Source of the DNA: Ostreococcus tauri
Lineage: Eukaryota
Direction: 5' to 3'
Length of the DNA: 32,000 bases
Assembly: GCA_000214015.2 (NCBI GenBank)
Contig: CAID01000009.2
Coordinates: 1 to 32,000 of the forward strand
Position numbers and translations under genes: made by a program. Each line of letters opens with the position of its first letter. The stretch's first letter is position 1. Positions 27,462 to 32,000 of this stretch are shown piece by piece. The notes below the pieces were generated by a model. The model did not search any database, had not been told where the DNA came from, and saw nothing but the letters and a program-made list of their open reading frames with translations.

Positions 27462-28518
27462 TTAATACGGGTTGACGTATCCCGGGCACAGGTTCCACTG
27501 CGGCTTGAGGTCCTTCTTGATCTCATCCGGGGCGAACTCGGTGACGCAGATGTGGGCGAAGATGAGGGCGAAACCGGGGTCGATACCGGGCTTCGTCTCG
27601 ATCTCGTGCGGGTAGTTGGAGAAGAAACCCCCCTTGAGCTTGGCGGTGAAGGCGCCGCACTCCCAGACCATTTCGGGGCCGCTGAAGTAACCGCCGTCGC
27701 CCGGGTACATGTCGAAGCGTTCGATCGTCGTGCCATCGGCTTGCTTGATCTTGTACGAGATCTTCGTCACGTATTTGTGATCTTGAACGGACACCCTGCG
27801 ATGTCGGTGGCCGTTTTCATCGCGCTCGTATGTAATGTTGACTGTTCTCGTGCAGTAGCCCTTGGCTTTGATTTTCACGCTGTACTCTTGTCCCGGAGTC
27901 TTCACCGACCTGATCTTGGCCTCGGAGAAAGTTCTCCACTTCATTGAGTAGAATCTATCGTTACCCGTGTTCGCCATCCGCGAGAACATTCCGGTCAAAG
28001 ACTGGACCATGCCGTTTGAGTCGCCGTCGTCCTCCGAATCGGCACCGAGCGACATGCCCATCTGAAAACTCGGTCGCTCGTTATACTTAGCCTTCCAGAG
28101 CACCTGGCCCTTCTTCTTATCCTCCGGGTTGATTCGCACGTAGTTCTCGAGGTCGATGTATCCGGTGGGATCGAACATTCCCTTTCCGCTTCGGTTCATG
28201 AACAGCCAGCGGTTGTTCACGTCCACCGCGTCGCGATACACCTCGTAATCCTTGTTGAACATCGAGCATGACTTGACGACGAACTTACTCGGACCCTGCG
28301 GGTGGTGATGGATGCGCACCGTCAGTACGCGACGTCACCGCCTCCGTCTCTCCGAGATCGCTCAACGCGCTGTCGACCGAACGTCGTCCCAACACCCCCC
28401 GAGCGCGCGAACGTCAATTCGTCGATTCGAGCACGCGCGCCAGCCGTACCTCGGGATCGGCGATGATGTTCGCCGGCACGTCCGGGGTGGATTCACACAT
28501 GCTCAGACACGCCCCCAT
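27462..28518 (-). CDS. N-terminally lipidated (MGACLS) protein, LURP-one/Tubby-C-like candidate, paralogue 1; join(28518..28450, 28295..27462)
   Basis: Track ORF 27462..28319 starts at GTG, with a TGA 6 codons upstream. Exon 1 (MGACLSMCESTPDVPANIIADPE, ATG 28518) ends at GAG|GTACGG. The acceptor caccacccgcag|GGT at 28295 gives ...ADPE-GPSKFVVKSCSMFNKDYEVY (phase 0), 300 aa in total. MGxxxS fits the N-myristoylation consensus, and Cys4/Cys8 are possible palmitoylation sites. The C-terminal KPGIDPGFALIFAHICVTEF resembles the PGVD.AF..ALVVVLD helix of LURP-one (DUF567) proteins. That family call is tentative. Confidence 0.75.
28296..28449 (-). other. Intron (154 nt) of paralogue 1
   Basis: The donor is GTACGG. 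TACTGAC lies at 28327..28321, 26 nt before the acceptor CAG ending at 28296. Confidence 0.7.
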
Positions 28519-28680
28519 CGCGGGCGTCGATCGATCGGGCGCGACGAGGCGACGAGTGCGTCGCGCGCGTAGTGTAAGCATACGTATATCTCTGGTATCT
28601 TCGCGGGTCGCCTGCATCAGCGGCGTCGGTCCCTCGGCCTGTGGAGGTGGTGGACTTATTGGATGTATTATAAATATTAC

Positions 28681-28713
28681 GTGTTGATAAGGTGTTGATA
28701 AAGTGTTCATAAT
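28681..28713. promoter_or_regulatory. Three tandem 11-bp repeats GTGTTGATAAG / GTGTTGATAAA / GTGTTCATAAT (GATA-type cores), next to a TATAAATA box
   Basis: Direct reading in the unique AT-rich spacer, 165-195 bp upstream of the paralogue-1 ATG (28518). TATAAATA lies at 28669..28676. No equivalent exists upstream of paralogue 2. Confidence 0.45.
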
Positions 28714-28774
28714 ATTTCGGTCGAGTTCTTCGTCGGGACGTGCGTTGGAATCGGCGCGGTCGCCGTCGCCGTCG

Positions 28775-29834
28775 TTAATACGGGTTGACGTATCCCGGGC
28801 ACAGGTTCCACTGCGGCTTGAGGTCCTTCTTGATCTCATCCGGGGCGAACTCGGTGACGCAGATGTGGGCGAAGATGAGGGCGAAACCGGGGTCGATACC
28901 GGGCTTCGTCTCGATCTCGTGCGGGTTGTTGGAGAAGAAACCCCCCTTGAGCTTGGCGGTGAAGGCGCCGCACTCCCAGACCATTTCGGGGCCGCTGAAG
29001 TAACCGCCGTCGCCCGGGTACATGTCGAAGCGTTCGATCGTCGTGCCATCGGCTTGCTTAATCTTGTACGAGATCTTCGTCACGTATTCGTTATCTTTAA
29101 CAACGACGTTGCGTTTGAGGCCGTTTTCATCGCGCGTGTACACTATGTTAACTTTTCTCGTGCAGTAGCCCTTGGCTTTGATTTTCACGCTGTACTCTTG
29201 TCCCGGAGTCTTCACCGACCTGATCTTGGCCTCGGAGAAAGTTCTCCACTTCATTGAGTAGAATCGTTCGTCACCCTGGTTCATCATGTTCGCGAACATT
29301 CCGGTCAAAGCCTGGACCATGCCATTTGAGTCGCCGTCGTCCTCCGAATCGGCATCGAGCGACATGCCCATCTGAAAACTCGGTCGCTCGTTATACTTAG
29401 CCTTCCAGAGCACCTGGCCCTTCTTCTTATCCTCCGGGTTGATTCGCACGTAGTTCTCGAGGTCGATGTATCCGGTGGGATCGAACATTCCCTTTCCGCT
29501 TCGGTTCACGAACAGCCAGCGGTTGTTCACGTCCACCGCGTCGCGATACACTTCGTAATCCTTGTTGAACATCGAGCATGACTTGACGACGAACTTACTC
29601 GGACCCTGCGGGTGGTGATGGATGCGCACCGTCAGTACGCGACGTCACCGCCTCCGTCTCTCCGAGATCGCTCAACGCGCTGTCGACCGAACGTCGTCCC
29701 AACACCCCCCGAGCGCGCGAACGTCAATTCGTCGATTCGAGCACGCGCGCGCGCGCCAGCCGTACCTCGGGATCGGCGATGATGTTCGCCGGCACGTCCG
29801 GGGTGGATTCACACATGCTCAGACACGCCCCCAT
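28775..29834 (-). CDS. N-terminally lipidated LURP-one/Tubby-C-like candidate, paralogue 2; join(29834..29766, 29605..28775)
   Basis: The architecture matches paralogue 1. Exon 1 is identical (MGACLSMCESTPDVPANIIADPE, ATG 29834). The intron is 29765..29606, and exon 2 starts with GPSKFVVKS. The protein is 299 aa. It differs from paralogue 1 mainly in two patches: FANMMNQGDERFY vs FSRMANTGNDRFY, and KVNIVYTRDENGLKRNVVVKDNEY vs TVNITYERDENGHRHRRVSVQDHKY. Confidence 0.75.
29606..29765 (-). other. Intron (160 nt) of paralogue 2
   Basis: The signals match paralogue 1: donor GTACGG, TACTGAC at 29637..29631 and acceptor CAG. It is 6 nt longer because of an extra GCGCGC. Confidence 0.7.
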
Positions 29835-30032
29835 CGCGGGCGTCGATCGATCGGGCGCGACGAGGCGACGAGTGCGTCGCGCGATGGCGAGACCGTCGCC
29901 ACGCCGACCGGGTGCGTCGAAAACCGGACACACGGTACGTAGTGGAAGCATACATAAAGCCGTGTTGCGAACCAATGGGACGCGACGCCCCGTGGAAATG
30001 GTGTTGACGCCGCACACGTCGCCGCGCGCGCC

Positions 30033-31652
30033 ATGGCGGCGGACGCCGTGATCGTCGACGTCGCTCGATCGGACGAACGCGACACCTTGGTGTGCACGCG
30101 CGCGTCGTCGTTCGCGGAGACGACGTCGAGCGGTGCGGCGACGCGCGCGGATGACGGACGATGGCTGGTGTCCGGTCGAGCGCTCGCGAGCGCGGGCGTT
30201 TTGGCGCTCGTCGCGGTCGTCGGGGCGCATCACGCGTCGCGACGGGGCGAGACGCGCGTGGGAGGGCTCACGGACGCGTTCGCATCGCTCGGTGACGGCG
30301 CTGTACCGATGCTGAAACCCAAGGAGAGGCATCCGCGGTTTGTGGGATTCGAGTACGTCACGCGCTGCATACCGGACGAGCACGTCGAGCGACACGCCGA
30401 GTTCTTTCAGCACGAGATCACGGGGGCGACGCTGGTGACGAAGTGCAACAATGGACACGCGGGCTGGTTCTGGGAGTTCAACCTGAGAAATCCACACACC
30501 TCGTACGAGATGGGGAAGAAGTTAGGCCCTCCGGGACACTGGGAGACGCGCGCGTACGTGGACAACACGTGCGAGTACGGGGTCGTGCTGCATAATGCTG
30601 CGGGAAAACGTCTTTGGGAGATCGGTGGTACGAACATGGACGCGCCGCTAGAGACGGCACCGGGGGACTGTTCGTCACGAACTCGAGGAGGTTCTAACGT
30701 CTACCACAACCGAGGAATGTGGGACTCGCCGCAAAACAATAGCGTCAAGTGGGTATGGGGGACGTGCCGTCAGGAGTGCAGGAAGAGGTGTGATGTGTAC
30801 GCGCTGAAAGATGACTTGCGCTCTCCCACAGGCAATTTGCTGCGACAGCGCGAGCGATACGCCATACACCCGGATTTAGCCGTCGGTGATAGGGGACGAC
30901 TGCACGCGGTGGGAAGTAAAAATTTGCGCAGGATCAGCGCCGGCTACGAAGATATTTGGGCGCGAGAGGACGGTAATGATGTGCAGCAGATTCTCAACGT
31001 CCACGATATGAATGAGACAAACTCCCCGTGGCACGACGCGTGGAATTTGCGTGAACGTAAGGACGACGTCGCCGTAGGAAGGAATAGCGTGTACTACAAG
31101 GAGGGGGCCGGATTCAAGCGCGTCGAGGGCATGTTAGATGGCCACGGTGCGTGGCGAGATATAAAGAGTAAAATTGCCGTCTGGGGTCGTGAGTACTTCG
31201 AGGCAGGAGACTGGTTTTGGAGTTCGCTTGGCGATCGTCACTGGGCGTGCAAGTTGCCGTGCGATGAAAATTCTCAGGGGATCCCCAAAATTCCGTTCGT
31301 GGAGGGGGAGCGCGGCACACCCGAGTGTCACGCGAATAATGAGTGGATCTTTTGTCTCGGCCCTACGACGAAGAAAGTGTACCGAACGCAAGTAATCGTG
31401 AATGCCTGGGACGAAGTCACGGGAGCAAATTATACGTGGGACAATCCCCCGCAGAACGTGTGGACGCTCGTTCCGAACGCCACGGGGTATTCCATCGGGG
31501 TGGGCAAACTCGCAGTTTGGATCGTTGACGACGCCACGCGCGAGGCACGTTACTGTCCACTCCCCTGCGCGTCGGGCGACTGGCGCGTCCCGGAAGCATT
31601 TGCGGGCGAAAGACTCATGTCCATCAAACCTTCCTTGTTCGAAGAACAGTGA
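30033..31652 (+). CDS. Orphan type II membrane protein with a large Trp/Cys-rich extracytoplasmic domain
   Basis: This is a 539-aa ORF from ATG 30033 (context gccATGG). An N-terminal stretch of about 40 aa is followed by a single hydrophobic segment, WLVSGRALASAGVLALVAVVGA. The remaining ~460 aa is rich in Trp, Cys and Asn-x-Ser/Thr sites. It has loosely recurring (A/I)VW(G/I) and WxxxxG strands, possibly beta-propeller or lectin-like. I recognise no family. Confidence 0.7.
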   Translation: MAADAVIVDVARSDERDTLVCTRASSFAETTSSGAATRADDGRWLVSGRALASAGVLALVAVVGAHHASRRGETRVGGLTDAFASLGDGAVPMLKPKERHPRFVGFEYVTRCIPDEHVERHAEFFQHEITGATLVTKCNNGHAGWFWEFNLRNPHTSYEMGKKLGPPGHWETRAYVDNTCEYGVVLHNAAGKRLWEIGGTNMDAPLETAPGDCSSRTRGGSNVYHNRGMWDSPQNNSVKWVWGTCRQECRKRCDVYALKDDLRSPTGNLLRQRERYAIHPDLAVGDRGRLHAVGSKNLRRISAGYEDIWAREDGNDVQQILNVHDMNETNSPWHDAWNLRERKDDVAVGRNSVYYKEGAGFKRVEGMLDGHGAWRDIKSKIAVWGREYFEAGDWFWSSLGDRHWACKLPCDENSQGIPKIPFVEGERGTPECHANNEWIFCLGPTTKKVYRTQVIVNAWDEVTGANYTWDNPPQNVWTLVPNATGYSIGVGKLAVWIVDDATREARYCPLPCASGDWRVPEAFAGERLMSIKPSLFEEQ

Positions 31653-31787
31653 ACAGCGGGCGCGCTGAGATGAGTAGCACGTACATAATATGTAGCCATG
31701 AAATTTTGAGAACCTGAATCCTTGTGGAGTACCGGAGGGAGAATCAGCCGCTCGTCTCCGCGCAGTGTCTTCACTCTGCAACGCGTC

Positions 31788-32000
31788 ATGTCTGCGCTCG
31801 TCCGTCCGTCACCGATCGCATCGGTGTGCGTCGTGAGGAAACATATTTCGCACGTGCGGTCGACCACGGTCCCGAGCGCTAGCTCAAACGATGCGCCAAA
31901 GCTTATCTTTGTCTCCAGCGTCGCGAGCGGACATGACCTTGAGGGTCACCCCGAGTGCGCCGCACGCGTTCCGGCCATCTTAAAAGAGCTCGAAAAGGGT
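31788..32000 (+). CDS. Histone deacetylase superfamily protein, HDA14-like (5' partial; continues beyond the window)
   Basis: This is not in the ORF track because it is open at the window edge. ATG 31788 opens MSALVRPSPIASVCVVRKHISHVRSTTVPSASSNDAPKLIFVSSVASGHDLEGHPECAARVPAILKELEKG. The motif GH..E.HPEC.ARVPAI matches the start of the deacetylase domain of Arabidopsis HDA14 as I recall it, after a targeting-peptide-like leader. Confidence 0.6.
   Translation, partial: MSALVRPSPIASVCVVRKHISHVRSTTVPSASSNDAPKLIFVSSVASGHDLEGHPECAARVPAILKELEKG

Larger units (their letters stand above)
27423..29883. repeat. Tandem segmental duplication: copy 1 27423..28567 and copy 2 28744..29883 (period about 1310-1316 bp), separated by a unique 176-bp AT-rich spacer
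   Basis: Base-by-base comparison: the copies are almost identical through the CDS, intron, 5' exon and about 50 bp upstream of the ATG. One 6-nt GC indel lies in the intron. Two short blocks are strongly diverged: 27776..27846 vs 29088..29155, and 27955..27983 vs 29266..29293. Confidence 0.95.

Noticed and set aside
27191-29049. Two ORFs (27191..27736 and 28414..29049) with identical 90-aa N-termini (MARRSNASTCTRATAVTS...).
   Set aside because: They are out-of-frame readings of the duplicated DNA over the 3' parts of the two paralogues, so their identity just reflects the duplication, and they have a Ser/Pro/Arg/Thr-rich composition. Only the last 23 codons before the donor in the 28414.. 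frame (MGACLS...ADPE) are real, as exon 1 of paralogue 1. The same applies to the 29724..30497 frame and paralogue 2.
1-32000. A search for prokaryote-type features: CRISPR arrays, operons, IS elements, integrases, toxin-antitoxin or defence islands, and rRNA genes.
   Set aside because: None were seen. The telomere, spliceosomal introns, organellar targeting peptides and eukaryote-specific genes (proteasome lid, RPB4, U-box, HVA22) show this is nuclear eukaryotic DNA. The only repeats are the telomere, trinucleotide microsatellites and one tandem gene duplication.

Overview
This window is the left end of a nuclear chromosome from a visibly GC-rich, very gene-dense green picoalga. I infer Mamiellophyceae, Ostreococcus-like, from the plant-type (CCCTAAA)n telomere, about one gene per 1.3 kb, few short introns and the protein motifs; nothing was searched or computed. 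It is eukaryotic, so GTG/TTG starts in the ORF track were replaced by the first sensible ATG, and several genes had to be joined across introns. After about 183 bp of telomere I support 22 protein genes and one intron-containing tRNA-His. In order: a MYND/MSS51-like zinc-finger protein, a large U-box E3 ligase, an ABCG half-transporter, proteasome RPN12, mitochondrial alternative oxidase, a lung-7TM (GPR107/108-like) protein, RPB4, two orphans, tRNA-His, UDP-glucuronate decarboxylase, plastid 2-Cys peroxiredoxin, plastid triosephosphate isomerase, a CAF16/ABCI-type ATPase, a small TM protein, HVA22/TB2/DP1, fructose-1,6-bisphosphatase, stromal processing peptidase, an MBD4-like HhH-GPD glycosylase, a type II peroxiredoxin, two tandem paralogues of a lipidated LURP-one/Tubby-like protein, a Trp/Cys-rich type II membrane protein, and the 5' end of an HDA14-like deacetylase. 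Main points of interest: (1) the type II peroxiredoxin has an in-frame TGA exactly at the peroxidatic Cys position and a SECIS-like hairpin in its 3' UTR, so it is probably a selenoprotein that ORF callers truncate; (2) a 1.3-kb tandem duplication is about 99% identical except for two short hyper-divergent coding patches, and the two copies have different promoters; (3) eight hand-built introns all share GT[GA][CA]G donors and a (T)ACTGAC branch-like motif 18-33 nt before the AG, and most sit near the 5' end, splitting targeting or lipidation peptides from the mature domain; (4) the U-box protein carries three copies of an uncharacterised ~90-aa module. No prokaryote-style defence system, CRISPR array or mobile element is visible. 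All coordinates were derived by hand and may be off by a few nt.
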